Shown here piece after piece: positions 38,353-52,116 of a DNA stretch of 64,000 nt (positions are counted from its first letter, which is position 1; each line of letters begins with the position of its first letter). The stretch is from positions 91,636,001 through 91,700,000 of the forward strand of contig NC_043005.1 of assembly GCF_006345805.1 (NCBI RefSeq), written 5' to 3'. This stretch comes from Octopus sinensis (lineage: Eukaryota). The notes beneath the pieces were generated by a model. It did not search any database. It saw only the letters and a program-made list of their open reading frames with translations, and was not told the origin of the DNA. The position numbers were made by a program, and so were the translations under genes.

Positions 38353-40026
38353 ACATTCTAGAAGTATAACCAAATGTAATTGTGCTTTAGCAGGCATGAT
38401 TTCAATTGACTGTACCTCTGGAAAATGCCAGTTAGAGAGTAGTACACATAAACCGATGTTGCTGCCCACTTTTGCATTTTTTTTAGGGATATTGTCAAAT
38501 GAATTTGCACCTGTTAAAATAGTTAAAACAGGTTCAAATAGTTAAGTTTCCATAGTCTTAAGATGGTAAGATGTAAGTTGAGGGTGATTTAACTGATGGA
38601 CTGGGTGAGAAGAAAGTGGGATGAGGTGGTGCAATAGCACTTCTACAGCTTAATACAATTTGAGGAACGTTCTTTTCGGTACTGGTAATATTTTATCTGT
38701 GAATTCTTTACAGAATTTCATTTTATTATTTTTATATACATCAAAATGACAAAGTTGAAATATTTCTGTCTATCTATAATTAGTTTATGTAAAGATAAGG
38801 GTTTTTTTTTTGTGTTTTCACATACACACATACTGACCTCTTTTTCTATCTTCCCCCTTTTCCCCTCCATCCTATATCTTTCCCCTCTCCCATCCTTACT
38901 TTCCCCTTCTGCCCAATCTTTGTAAGTTCTAAACCACTTTTTCTGTATTTCTCTGAGTAAAGCCTAAGTTTTGTTCTTGTAGTTTTATGTTTTTATTACA
39001 ATAGTTATGTTGTAAGATATTTTGCTATTGACTTATGAAAACTAACACTCAACTTGTCTACTGCTGTCATTGTTTTAACTATGAAATATCGATATTTCAG
39101 TGACCTACACACTAGCCATCAATTTGGACTGTATTATATAACCAATGAAAGATTAAACAGTGACATACTGTCCTTTCTTTTTCTGGAATATAGTTCTTTT
39201 TTATTTTAGAGAATTGATATTTGATACAAGTAGCACTTATTAAAGACGCATGATTTGGAAAAATTTCAAATAAAATATTTCTAATATATTTCTAATAACG
39301 TTTTTAAATAGTCTCATGAATTTTGTGTATGTGTGACATAATATAGATCTATAACTGAAATATTTTTGAGTAACTTCAATACTAAGTTTAGAAGGTGAAT
39401 AAGAAAGCAAGCAAATAAATAAAAAACAAACAAACAAAATAGCACCCATTTAAAAACTGCATTGGTTGTTTTCCTTTTTATTAAAGAATGGGTTGAACAG
39501 GTTTAGTTGACAAAACACTCCCATCTTTGCTGTCCTTCTTTCTAATTGCTATGGCTCATGAATTTCTCTTATTTAATGAATTTTAACTTTTTTTTTTTGT
39601 TTTAATTTATTTCTGCTTATGTACATCATCAATAGTTCTCTTAAGTTATTTTTCCCCTCCTGGTTTATCTCTGCCCTCACCAGCTTTATCGCAACATTTA
39701 TTAATGTTTTTCTTTTGTCAAACATCTAATCATATTTTCATAAGTTCTGATCTGATTACTCTTATTGTCTTGTGCTATTTTGTTGAGCTTCAATTTGTCT
39801 TTTGGTTTTTATCCTTAGTCAGGTGGAAAGGGGCAGTGCCCATCACACTTACAGGAACTTCAGTACTGATGGTAAGCCCTTGTCTTTATGTTTGTAACAG
39901 TGTATACTGTGCCAAGTGGTGGAGTTAAGGAGGTGACTTAACCTTTTGCCTCTCCAAATTATTTTCATAAGTTTGTCTTATATGTCCATGCACACTTTCA
40001 GGTTTTTAGCTAGCACTTGTTTCATA

Positions 40027-40505
40027 TCATCATCATCATCATCGTTTAACGTCTGCTTTCCATGCTAGCATGGGTTGGACGATTTTGACTGAGGGCTGAT
40101 TAACCAGATGGCTGCACCAGGCTCCAATCTTGATCTGGTAGAATTTCTACTGCTGGATGCCCTTCCTAATGCCAACCACTCCAAGAGTGTAGTGGGTGCT
40201 TTTTACGTGCCACTGGCACGAGGGCCAGTTAAGTGGTACTGGCAATGATCTCACTCGAATCTTTTTACACATGTCACTGGCACAGGTGCCAGTAAGGCGA
40301 TGCTGGTAACAATTACGCTCAAATGGTACCTTTTACGTGCCACTGGCACAGAAGCTAGTTAGCTGCTCTGGCAATGATCACACTTGGATGGTGCTCTTAG
40401 CACCCTACTAGCATGGGCACAAGTGCCAGTAAGGCGATGCTAGTAATGATCACGCTCGAATGGTGCCTTTTATGTGCCACTGGCACGGAAGCCGGTTAGC
40501 TGCTC
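40027..40505 (-). mobile_element. Family C (RTE tail) copy with tandem units
   Basis: Family motifs and repeated gtgccactggcac units. Confidence 0.85.
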
Positions 40506-42169
40506 TAAAGCTTTCCTTTCATAAGTCCCCAGTTAATCTGGTGGTCGAAAAAAATTGGCTATATGTATCATATGTATATGTATATGTATCAAGGGTGCAC
40601 CAGAGAAATATGTCCTTTGGTGGCCAGGGTTTAGTTTAATGCTAATGAGAAGACAAATTGTTGACTCTGAAGTTGGCAGTCCAAAACATGATCAACCCAG
40701 GCACTTGAGTGAAATTGTAAAGTTGAAAATAATAAATCATAAAATTAATTTTTGTGTTTTGTCATTATTGCGTTTGGAGTTTTGCTCTTGCACAATGTCT
40801 GACACTGAAACCTTTTGGGGATTTTTATGTATATGCTGAAATGAAGCATTATATATATTCTAATATTTCATAAGAGTTTCTAAATCTCACCTATTTAGAA
40901 TTGTGTTCAGAATATATATGCAACACACATGCATGTGTAACAGGATGAAGGTCTCTGGAACGCTTACCCTGTTACATTCAATTATGTCGAAAGGAAAGCC
41001 AAAACTTCAACTATCTTCAACAGCAATAAATAATATTTTATTTTGGTCTGGATTCGCAAATCAAATATATATACATATATTTTCTTCAGGGCAAACCGGT
41101 AGCCAAAGCCATGAAACTATTCACAATAGTTAACTTTTGTGAGCCAAAATGCTGTCTCCGTTCTTGCGTAGAAGTTGGTTTTCTTGTACGTGTTGGTTTT
41201 CTTGAGAGAACCTTGAGTCATGTCCATTCGATTCGGCTGCAGCTTCTAAAAGACCGATCTAGCTGGAAAACTTTCTGTTGGCAGTTCTCTGCGCATGCGC
41301 ATGAGGGAACTTCCAATGGCCTACAGGAAGTAATCCAACTCTGCGCATGCATGCTGAAAACTTCCAAAATAGCGTCACTACACATGCATGCACATGCTAA
41401 TGCATATTGTCATACCTGTTGGTGTTGTTCCAACCACTCCACTGGAAACTTTATTCCAAAATCAATCCAAAATTTTGCTTTGATGGCAGATACCATCTTG
41501 CAGCCACCCACTTGCAACATGTGATGTTGATACTGATAAAGGGTTTTGGCAGGGGCTCATTTTCTAAATTCTCCGAAATGAGTAACAATTTGTAGTCATT
41601 ATGCTAATAATAAACAAATGCACTGTTCAATTCCACTTTTTTATTATTTTTCAATTGGTTGACTGTTTAACAAACTAACTAATTGATTGTTCACTCAATC
41701 ACTCACTTCATCAATCAGTCAGTTGTGTTTGTCATCAGAGTCCTTTCATCGCCATTCAGGACTTCAATGTTTTGCCCTTGCTACACCAAATCAGTTTCAG
41801 GAGAGCATGTCATTGAAGAGGACTGTGACAAGCACAACTGATTGATTGATTAAATGATTAATCAGTCAATTAGTTGATGAGATAGTTAATCAATTAATGA
41901 ATAATAAAGATGTGAAAGTGAATCAGTGCATGTTCTTATTAACAGCATAATGACCCTCCAAAGATGCAATCAAATCAATTTCAACGTGCAAGTTCACTTG
42001 CAAAAATCTTGTAACCCAAATACATAAATGGAATTTGTAGGTATTTCCCCCTGACAATAATTGACTAGTCAGGATCTGAATCGAATTGGTTGTAGTTTTG
42101 GTCACATTGGACCCTGAAATTTCCTCTGAATTGATTTAATACTTTGGACACCCTTAGTTAAACTGCTAA

Positions 42170-42493
42170 TCACCTGTGCCGGTGACACATAAAAAGCACC
42201 GTCCTAACATGGCAGATGCCAGTGCCGCCTGACTGGCGTCCGTGTTGGTGACATGTAAAAGCACCAACCGATCGTGGCTGTTTGCCAGCCTTTTCTGGCC
42301 CCTGTGCCGGTGGCGCGTAAAAAACACCCACTACGCTCACGGAGTGGTTGGCGTTAGGAAGGGCATCCAGCCGTAGAAACACTGCCAAACCAGACTGGAG
42401 CCTGGTGCAGCCTCCATGGCTTACCAGACCCCGGTCGAACCGTCCAATCCATGCTAGCATGGAAAAACGGATGTTAAATAATGATGATGATGA
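42170..42493 (+). mobile_element. Family C (RTE tail) copy, CpG-retaining and probably young
   Basis: Family motifs and (GAT)n tail. Confidence 0.85.
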
Positions 42494-42958
42494 AACATAT
42501 TAGACTTGAAGCTGGTAGAAAAACTTTGAAGAAATAGAGGATTGAGAAAGACAGAGTAGAATTTTGGTGAAAGTGGTTTCGACAGAGGTCACAGCTGAGA
42601 TGAGCTGCTTTGTTTTTCTCTATTTAATAATCATGGCTGAACTGTGATAAAGATATAAAATATTTATTACTAATGATATCTTCAGGAGATATCTTTATTT
42701 GAAAGAATGAATGTTATTTGTCCAATCTTATATAATAGCGTTTCTGTTTATTTTATTTTATTTCATTTGATATATATTCTTCTATAGAATCTTAAATATT
42801 CCTGTTGAAAATTTACTGACAGTGATGAATTTCTGATTGCTTGTGTGAGACTTACTATAAGAACTTGGTAAGGTTTGGCTTTATGATAGGAAATTTATAG
42901 AAATTAAAACCAATCTGAAACTGAACAACTTTAATAATAGTTTTTGAATATAGTATAT

Positions 42959-43270
42959 ATGGAAAACAGGACAAGGAAACAGAAAAAGGACCCTTCATCA
43001 GTTGTCATCTGTCTGTCTACTCCTCATTTCAACAACAATATGAGTCTGCAAAGACAGTTGCTCCCATAAATTCTAAATATTATTTTAGAATTTATGGAAG
43101 CAACTGTCTTTGGAGATTCATACTGTTGTTGAATGCTTGAAATAAGGAGTAGATAGACAGCTGACAACTGATGAAGGGCCCTTTTTCTGTGTTTCCTTGT
43201 CCTGTTTTCCATTTTTTCCTCGTTGTTTATGAATTTCTTATTTGCACTGTTAGTTATGTCCTGTACCCCC
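42959..43270 (+). mobile_element. Older fold-back element with a degenerate hammerhead-like core
   Basis: Imperfect arms ~42959-43077 / 43085-43212. GACAA-CTGATGA-AGGGCCCT..TTGTC is present, but GAAA is missing. Confidence 0.55.
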
Positions 43271-45044
43271 ATATATGTGTATGTATGTATGTATATACAT
43301 ATACACACATGTTTGTGTGTTTGTGATTACCCCCTCCCCCTACCACCACCACTTGACAACTAGTGTTGGTTTGTTTATGCATCTGTAACTTAGAAGTTCT
43401 GCAAACGTGACCTATAGAATAAGTACCAGACTTTAATATAAAAAATATGTACTAGGAATGGTGTATTTGACCAAACTTTTTAAGGCAGTGCTCCAGCATG
43501 TCTGCTCTTCAATGACTGAAACAGGTATAAAATAAAAGATAAAAACTAAATATGAAAGTTTTATTCAGTTTTATTGTTTAGGTTCTGAGTTCAAATTCTG
43601 CTGAGGCTGGTTTTACTTTTTGTTCACTTGGAGTTGAGATAAAAACCAGTCATCTTTTATATTTTATCAATAAACTAAACATTTCCTTTGTAAATTTGTG
43701 ACATTGTGCTTCCTTTCCTGGAAAGGAACAACACAATCTTTCTCAGTATTGTCTTAGACTAATTTATATAAATAGCAATCTCTCTCTCTCTCTCTGCTTG
43801 TCTGTCTGTCCCTCTCCTTGTTGATTTTCCTAACATACATATCAAAGGCAGTGAGCTGCAATGATAGTTTCCCTAGCTGTATATTCTGGAATTTATTTAA
43901 AAAGTGTGAGCTCATTTTGTTAGCTGAATATTGAATAGAAATGTATAGAAAATGACATGTACAAATTGTATTTAGCTATGTGTAAAATTATTTTTTATTA
44001 AATAATAAAGAGTGACATTCATTTTAATCCCTTTAAAAACAAATTGCTTTTCCAATTAACTACAAAATTGAACATCACCACAGGTACCCACCCACTTGTT
44101 CATTTATATTTATCATATTACATTACACACACACACATTCATTCATTTAATCTCTCTAGTGACATTTCAACATTTATGTCTCCTTGTTTGAATGAATAGA
44201 TATATTTTTTCTTCAATAAATCTCTGTCCAGTTCAACAAAACACCACCCACACACTCAAAACTGAACAGGTGCAATGATATTAGCATGTTCTAGGAGTGA
44301 CTCACTGTGGAAGTGGTTGGCAAACGAAAAAGTAAATAAAATTTGTTTTGCTTCATAGACTTCTTGGTATGTCAATTCTTTTTATTCTTCTATTTGAAGC
44401 TTTAGCTTAGCCTGACATACTTAAGGTATCTAGAGTTAAACTTGACTTTTGCTTTTCCCCACAAATACTTTGCCACACTTTTTCTCTTATTTTTATTAAT
44501 ATTAGTCAGTTCTTTTGACATTTACAAATCTGTTAACATATCCTTCCAAACCACTACCAACTCAGCCATTTTATTAGTTGTTTCTCTCTCTCTCTCTCAC
44601 TCACACACACACACACACACAGTTAAATACCAGGTCAAACACTTATTAACTCTTTCTGAACCAGTGCCGTCAGTCACAGCGTGCAACTCTTGATTGTTTT
44701 CTAAAATAACCTGTAATCTATATCCTAATAAATATGTGTATTTATTAAATTAAAAAACATTTTTTACTTTAGCTTTGTAGAAATTTCTAAAACTGAAGAT
44801 AAGCAAGTGATAATTTTCTTTTTCCATCCTTTTCTTCTTGCATTTTGTGATTTGATTTTTCATGAAAGCTAACATAAGTGTTGTGATTCTGCCCATTCCT
44901 ATATCTGTGAACGTTTTTGGAGCTATTGAATTTTCTTGAGCTTAGATTTTTTTTTAAAGCAACTCAAACATGTAACCAGTTTAGATAGGGACGTACTGAG
45001 TAATGGGCTTTCTTTTAACATTAATTACTATTTGTGATTATATT

Positions 45045-45410
45045 TTTTTACTTGTTTAAGTCTTTGAAGAGTTTTAGTTGGACAAATCAACCCCAGTACT
45101 TGTTTTTCATTTTAGGCCTGGTAATTATTTTATTGATCTTTTTAATCAAATTGCTAAGTTATAGGGATGTAAGCAGACCAAAACTGCATGTCAATGGGTA
45201 GAGGAGGGAGGTCAAGCACACACACAAATGCAAATGTGTGCATGTGCACACATGAAGGGCTTCCTCACAGTTTCCGCCAAGTTTACTCACAAGTCATTAG
45301 ATGGCTTGGAACTATAGTAGAAGACACTTGTCCAAGCTAATGTGCAGTGGAACGGAACCCAAAGCCACTTGATTGTAAAGCGATCTCCTTAACCACTCAG
45401 ACATGTTTGC
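45045..45410 (-). mobile_element. Decayed SINE family A
   Basis: ctatagtagaagacacttgtccaag and other family motifs. Confidence 0.7.
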
Positions 45411-45891
45411 ACACACATATATATAGGTCAGTGGGATGGTAGAATCATTTGGGTATTTAGTTGCAGCCCTTTGTGTTCTGGTTTCAAATTCAGTTGAGGT
45501 TTACTATGCTAAAAGTATTTAGTTACAGCCCTTTACAATCTGATTTCGGGTACTGATGAGATTATATTTGCCTTTCGTTCTTTTGGGTGGGAAAGTGCAG
45601 TGATAAAATAAAGTACTGATCAAGTACAGGAGTTGATTCCATTGACAGTTCCTTCCCTAATAAAATTTCTGGCCTTGTGCCTATGTAAGAAATCATTTCT
45701 GATTGAATTGTGACCCAATATTTGTGAGTTCATTCACTTTGATCATTTGGATATTTTATCTGAGTTTTGCTAGAAATGGTTAGATGAGTGGTCAAGCATT
45801 TGGGTCATTTACAACTAGATGGGAGGAGGAGGCTTGATAATGTGGTCAGATAATTAATTCAAGGACTGGAGTCACACCCTTCACAGATTAA

Positions 45892-46133
45892 CCCTTTAAC
45901 TGTGAGCTTATATTTCATGGTTATTCAAATAATGATGCTAAATATCCACTAGCTGATCGAATTAGTATATTCTGCAAGTCCTGTTGCTTCAGTGAATTTG
46001 ATATATCTCAACAAAAAAGTGGTTTCAAACATGGCATTCTTCAACAAAAGACAGATTGGTAGGTGAAACTGCTTCCCACAGTTAAAAGCAATGAAATTTT
46101 GAGTGGATATGTCAGATTTCCGTAGTAAAAAGG
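45892..46133. mobile_element. piggyBac-like MITE (decayed)
   Basis: TTAA|CCCTTTAACTG ... GTAGTAAAAAGG|TTAA. Confidence 0.5.
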
Positions 46134-46499
46134 TTAAAGGTTAAATCCTACTTTATAGATATAGCAACAAATATAAGCAGTTTTAGCTTATACTTCATCT
46201 CAACTCTTGCGTCCTCACCATTTCTCCTTCTTTTTCTTGGACCATTGAGAGAGTTTCTACAAAGTTGCCTGACTTGCTAGAATTTGCAACCAAATCTTCT
46301 CTAAATCACTACCTCTTGTCTTTAAAGAATCAAGATACATTGGCTAACATAGTCTTAGACTCTCTTGAAAAACAGACTGGCCAGTCATGGATAACACAAT
46401 GCACTTGAAAATAAAATATATCTTTGATGGTAGGGGAGCTCTGAAAGGGGTCTCGGGAGTAACGTCCCTGCCTTCCTGAGCTAGTTTTTCCATTACATG

Positions 46500-47510
46500 G
46501 TAGAGGCCTTGGTCTCAGGACCACTCATGTCTAGAAACTGAGGTTGTGGGGTAAGCAAAAGCATGCTCCCTGTAGAAAATCCAGCTACAAAAAAGCCTCA
46601 TGATAATAGCAAAGGAGAATGGGCACCAGCCAGCCCAAAGGCTGGTGTGGGCTGCACCTGCCTACCTGAAAAAGGAAGGTGCAAACCTTCATCCTGGGTT
46701 GTGCAAACATGACTTGCCTTATGATGGCAAATAGCCTGAGGAGAAGCTTGGGGTGAGGTTGGGAAGTTGGAATGTGGGCACTCTGTGTGGAAGGGGAATT
46801 GAGGTGTGTGAGGAATTGAGGAAGAGGAGGGTGGATGTGTGCTGTGTGTAGGAAGTTAGGCGGAGGGGCCAGGGTGCAAGATTTGTGGGGGTCAAGAGAA
46901 GAAGGCTGGAGAGGAATGAGGCTGGTATGCTCTGCTGGATGTGTGATGTCAGTGTGCATGTGCGACAGAGCACTGGTGTATTGACAGAGAAGTTGGGCAT
47001 AAGAGGAATTATTTGAAGTGTGCAGGAGAGGAGTCTGTACTGGTTTGGTCATGTTGTGCAGGTGGATGAGATCAGTTGCATAAAAAATTGGTGATAACTT
47101 AAAGTGGAGGGAAGATGTGGAAGAGTGAGACCCAGGAAAAAATGGGACAAAAGTATTGAAGGCTGATCTCAAAATGCTGAGCCTTATAAAGGAGCTGACA
47201 GAGAACCAAGATATGTGGTGCATTGTACTCAAGAAGACTTGCCTACAACAACAAAATTGAGGTCTTAAAACCAAGGTGCCATTTAAAAAGTACTGGCGTG
47301 GATACTGGTGTCACATAAAAAGCACTGGTGATGGTGCCGCATAAAGAAGCATGTTGTACACTCTGTGGAGTGGTTGATGTTAGGACAGGCATTCAGCTAT
47401 AGAAATGAAGCCAAAACAAACTATGGAACCTGGTGTTGCTGATTCTTGTCAAGCCTGCCAACCCATGCTTGCATGGAAAACAGATGTTAAATATTGATGA
47501 TGATGATTGA
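46500..47510 (+). mobile_element. Internally deleted RTE LINE (5' region + APE start + C-terminus + family C tail)
   Basis: From 46753 VRLGSWNVGTLCGRGIEVCEELRKRRVDVCCV*EVR is joined in frame to LERNEAGMLCWMC, later WFGHV..VEGRCGRVRPRKKW; then the family C tail. Confidence 0.85.
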
Positions 47511-48529
47511 TGGTGTTTTAAATGAGATACACCAATCTGTTGCAGGGTTCACTTCCCAGTTATTGCTAATTTACAACTGAGAAAACTAGAGCAATGTAAA
47601 AAGGAAGTTTTGCTCAAGAGCACAATGTATTGACCGGTCTAGGAATTAAAAGCATGAGCTCTAATTCCTAGGCCACATGCTTTCACTAGTTCACATAAGA
47701 CATTATTTTAAAAAAATAGTTCATGTTTCTTTCTTAGATTTCAGCTGAAGCTCATTTTAAAGGCAACAATTTAGCAATCTACTATTGAGTTACTCTGACA
47801 TAAATACACCCAAGGAATTAATAAAATTTAAAGCTTATTGACTGATGGGAGTGGCTCTTTACAATCATTGGTTGTTAAATTAATTTACTACCAATTTATC
47901 TTATCATATTTACAAAGAAACTATCATATGAAGTCCTTTGATTGGTTGAAGTTTAATTTTCTTCAATTGCTTGTCACCAATGGATTTTTCAGTGTACCAA
48001 TCTTGCCAAGCAAGTTCTGATGTTCACTCTGAGGTAGCAATATTACCTAGATGTGTTGTTGGACTTCTTTTCTGTCACCTGAAGATCAATTACAGCAGAA
48101 GGAATATGAGGACAATTATTTTATGTTGACCTAAAAGACAAGGTCTGTATTACACTTTAGGAATTGACAAGCTAGTTCTAAACTGTTATCCTTAAGTTGA
48201 TATTAAACCTTGATTTTGTTCATTAGATCAATGCCCTATAACTAAACAAGTTTGCCGGTCTTACATTTTATACAATTAAAGTTGTGTATTTGTATTGATT
48301 TTGTATTAGAATTTGATAAAAAGAAGAAAAACGTAAACCACTATTATTCTCAACAATTTTCACTAACTTTTGCATCTAATTATTAATAAAATGCAGTAGC
48401 TTATTTCAAGCTCAAAGAAATATCTTATAATAATTCTACTTGTCTTTGCATTACTTAGACATGTGCCCAATATGCGTGGCTTGTTATTGGTATGCAAGAA
48501 TAAAAGAAATTTCTTTATAATCTATCATT

Positions 48530-48830
48530 AATCTATCTATCTAGGTCGTTTCACAGGATGCCCCAAGCCTGTTTCCACACATTTTCTCATTATCTCGATC
48601 TTCCATAATGGTCCTCATCTCCTGTATCCCTTCCATACCAGTATCCTCCAACAAGTTGTCGATGTAAGTTGTCTTCCACCTTCCTCTCCTTGTTCTTCCT
48701 TCTGTTGGTTACCAGAGCACCAGCTTGTTAGCAATTTTATCGGTGTGTTGGATGCAGTGTTCAGCTAGCCTCATCCTTCGATACTGTATCTTCAATGTTA
48801 CATTTGGTAGTCCCTGGTATAAGTCTATCA
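48530..48830 (-). mobile_element. RTE-group LINE 3' fragment
   Basis: YQGLPNVTLKIQYRRMRLAEHC..KLVLW*PTEGRTRRGRWKTTYIDNL; (TAGA)n tail. Confidence 0.8.
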
Positions 48831-49529
48831 TTAAACTGTACTGTATAAATCTAATTTACTGCAAGATGTTGTTTTCTTGACATAGCAGTATATGAAAAAA
48901 ATCTGGAGGATTCATTGGTTACTCATGGGATCACATGGGAATGAAATAGGAATCATTTGTGTGGTATATGAAAGAAATATTTTGTCCACATATCACTTAA
49001 AATCAAACACAGATGTTGTAATGACTGGCTATTTGCATTGTCTATTCCAATGCTATTCTCAAGCCATTTAGTTTCTGTTATAGCCTGAAAAATTGTATCT
49101 GATATAATTTTGATCCATTAACCTTGAAACTATGAAACTTTTCAAAACACAACTACTACTTTCAGTTTCAAAACATTGTTGTCATCCTGTATGCATGTAT
49201 GTATGTATGTATGTATGCATGTATGGATATATGCATGTATTATCAGTACCATTGTTTTAATGGCCAATGTTTCATGACCACGTGGATTACATAGAATTTG
49301 TTGTGAATTTTCCTGCAGCTAGATGCCCTTTCTGTCATCAATTATTACCTGTTTCCAAGTAAAGTAATATTTCCTTAGTAATGAAAATGTTTTCACGGAC
49401 ACAAAAGACACTGCTTGTGTGATGGTGATACAGAAATCATATATCAAGAGGAGACACCAACTGACATGTAAATGCATGCATGTATGTGTCTGTCTGTCTG
49501 TCTCTTTCTTATTTTATATATATATATAT

Positions 49530-49905
49530 ATAATAATATGAAGGAATATTATTCCAAACTTACATGGAAAAATTCAATTTAGAAATACTAAATCAAATTT
49601 CACAAAATGGAAAAAAAAAAACACCTTTTATCAATTCAGTAATGAAAAATTAAATTATACCATTTAGAAAAATTACATATAGAAAGATTAAATATAAGAT
49701 AAAACATATAACGATGATTAAGTAATGTGTAAAATAGTAAATAAAACGTTTACTATTTTGCACATTACTTAATCATTTTATCTTATATTTAATCTTTCTA
49801 TAATATGTAATTTTTCTAAATGGTATAATTTAATTTTTCATTATTGAATTGATAAAAGGTGTTTTTTTTTTCTAATATATATAAAGAGACTTAGTAATTT
49901 TAATA
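49530..49905 (-). mobile_element. (TA)n-flanked fold-back element
   Basis: Arms ~49610-49741 / 49749-49872 with few differences; TA runs on both sides. Confidence 0.6.
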
Positions 49906-49909
49906 TTTC

Positions 49910-49948
<39 letters not shown>

Positions 49949-50004
49949 TACACACACACACATACATACATATATACACACACATACATATATATATATA
50001 TATG

Positions 50005-50042
<38 letters not shown>

Positions 50043-50464
50043 CATGCATACACACACACAGAGTTACATTCTCTGATCAGTTGATATTAAAGTTTCAGTT
50101 AATTCATTGCTTTTATTAACAAAATGACTTTGTGCTAATCATGCTAAATATGTTTGATATCTAATTCAGGAATAGAATATCAGAATGGACTTTTTGTTAC
50201 TTCCAGATTTAATGCTTTGTTATCTTGTCTAATTTCTGGGAAAAATATAATCTCTTGTCTGTTTCTAATGTTAGAAGCTTATATATTTTGTAATATTAGA
50301 AACTTTTAATTAAATTTCTGATCTTGTTTTGATGTGATATTTTTAACATGATTTGAAGAAGTTAAATGCAAAGAGATTATTGAAAATATTTTCCATTGTG
50401 TGAAGGTGACATTTTGTTTAAAATACTCTGCCTCTTACATGTAGTACATGTGTGTGTGTGTGTT

Positions 50465-50700
50465 AGATGTAGCACTGAATCTCACTTAGACCTTGAGATT
50501 TGCACTGTCCAGAGCATCTATAAATTGTTGCTTCAAACGGAGACAAGGGGTTGGGGGTAGCTGTAGGGTAGGCTTTATGCACCGTGCTCTCCAAGTCCTG
50601 GGCAAGCTGCTCTAGGGGCTCCCCTCTAATCCTGACATGGGTGTAGAAGCGTGCCCTGTACATTACACTCTGGCACATAGTGCCATATTTCCTCTGAATT
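50465..50700 (-). mobile_element. Gypsy-type LTR retrotransposon gag fragment
   Basis: YRARF..RIRGEPLEQLAQDLESTVHKAYP (frameshift) LKQQFIDALD resembles Ty3/Gypsy gag. Confidence 0.65.
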
Positions 50701-51326
50701 CATCTTTGTCTGTCTCTGACTGCGTCTGTCTCTCTCTCTGACTGCATTCATTTCTGTCTGTCTCTCTCTCCGATTATGTTTGTTCCTGTCTGTCTCTCCG
50801 ACTGCATTCATAACAGTATGTTACATTTAAGAATGGGGGTGATTCATTTGACTACAACACTGGGTGGCCCAAACTTATATTTTACCCATGCTTGCCACTA
50901 AGCTTTTCTTTCTATATAATTTCAGTTTCCTTGTGAACAAAAGGTGTAGCAGTAGTTACTTTTTGTTGAAAAATGTCAAGCATTTATCATAGATTCTTAT
51001 ACAATTTCATATGGAAATCTTTGTTCACATTCTGTTATGTTTCTATTGCATTTGTGTAAAGTTCTAGACACTCCAATATTCAATAAACTCAAGCCTGGAG
51101 AGTAATAGATTCAAGAGAGTAAAGTTTCATTTTATTCTGTAAAATAGCAGACATCAATATCAAATGTTGTATGTTTGAAACTTTGTTTCACTTGGATTAA
51201 ATCTCGGTTGTTAGCATGCTGGATGTTGAAGAGGACTAAATAAGAATTGCTTGTACACAATTAATTTTAAAAGCTTAACTGGAAAATATTGATGACTGAG
51301 AAGCAATGATCATTGTTAAAGTATTC

Positions 51327-51545
51327 TATTTCTTTACTACCCACAGAGGCGATAAACAAGGACAGGCAGACAGATTGAGTTGATTATATCGACCCCAGTG
51401 CGTAACTAGTACTTAATTTATCAACCCTGAAGGATGAAAGGCAAAGTCGACCTCGGCAGAATTTGAACTCAGAACGTAGCAGCAGACGAAATACGGCTAC
51501 GCATTTTGCCTGGCGTGCTAACGTTTCTGCCAGCTCGCAGCCCTC
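51327..51545 (-). mobile_element. SINE family B
   Basis: Family motifs; TSD-like TTGTTAAAG(T/A)ATTC on both sides. Confidence 0.88.
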
Positions 51546-52079
51546 TCTTTGTTAAAGAATTCATATCACCTAAGATATATTCTGTGTGTAGAGCTTGTGT
51601 ATAAATGTCTTTGAGTAAAGCAGCAACTGCAATATTTGCTCTCTTATAAGATGCATCTTTGTTGTTTAAATTGCGTTGAGAATGTTTTCTGAAATTTATG
51701 TCATTTTCATCATCATCGTTTTAACATCCACTTTTCATGCCATTATGGGTTGGATAGAATTTGTTGAGGTGGATTTTCTCTAGTTAGATACCCTTTCTGT
51801 TGTCAACTTTCACCTGTTTCCAAATAAGGTAATATTTCTCCATGACCAGACATTTTTTATTTTTACAGAATAAGGGAAATGGGCACCACTTGTATAATGG
51901 TGACACTCTTTTCCAACTCTCATGTGATGTCAGGACAGTTACACACACACACACACACACACAGTTTGCATCCACCAGATCCAGGCTTTGGTCAACCTGG
52001 GGCCACAGTAGAAGACACTTGCCAAAGATGTTGTGTAGTTGGGAAGCAAACTTATTGCCTGACAACAACACCTGTGGCT

Positions 52080-52116
<37 letters not shown>

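Noticed and set aside
43160-43205. CTGATGA in the 43 kb fold-back as a functional ribozyme
   Set aside because: Stem I and II-like pairing exists, but the GAAA and stem III part is absent.
46585-47274. 229 aa minus-strand ORF
   Set aside because: It is the antisense shadow of the RTE remnant on +.
47980-48141. Exon-like stretch ending AAG|GTCTGT
   Set aside because: All three frames contain stops before the putative donor and no protein similarity is recognisable.
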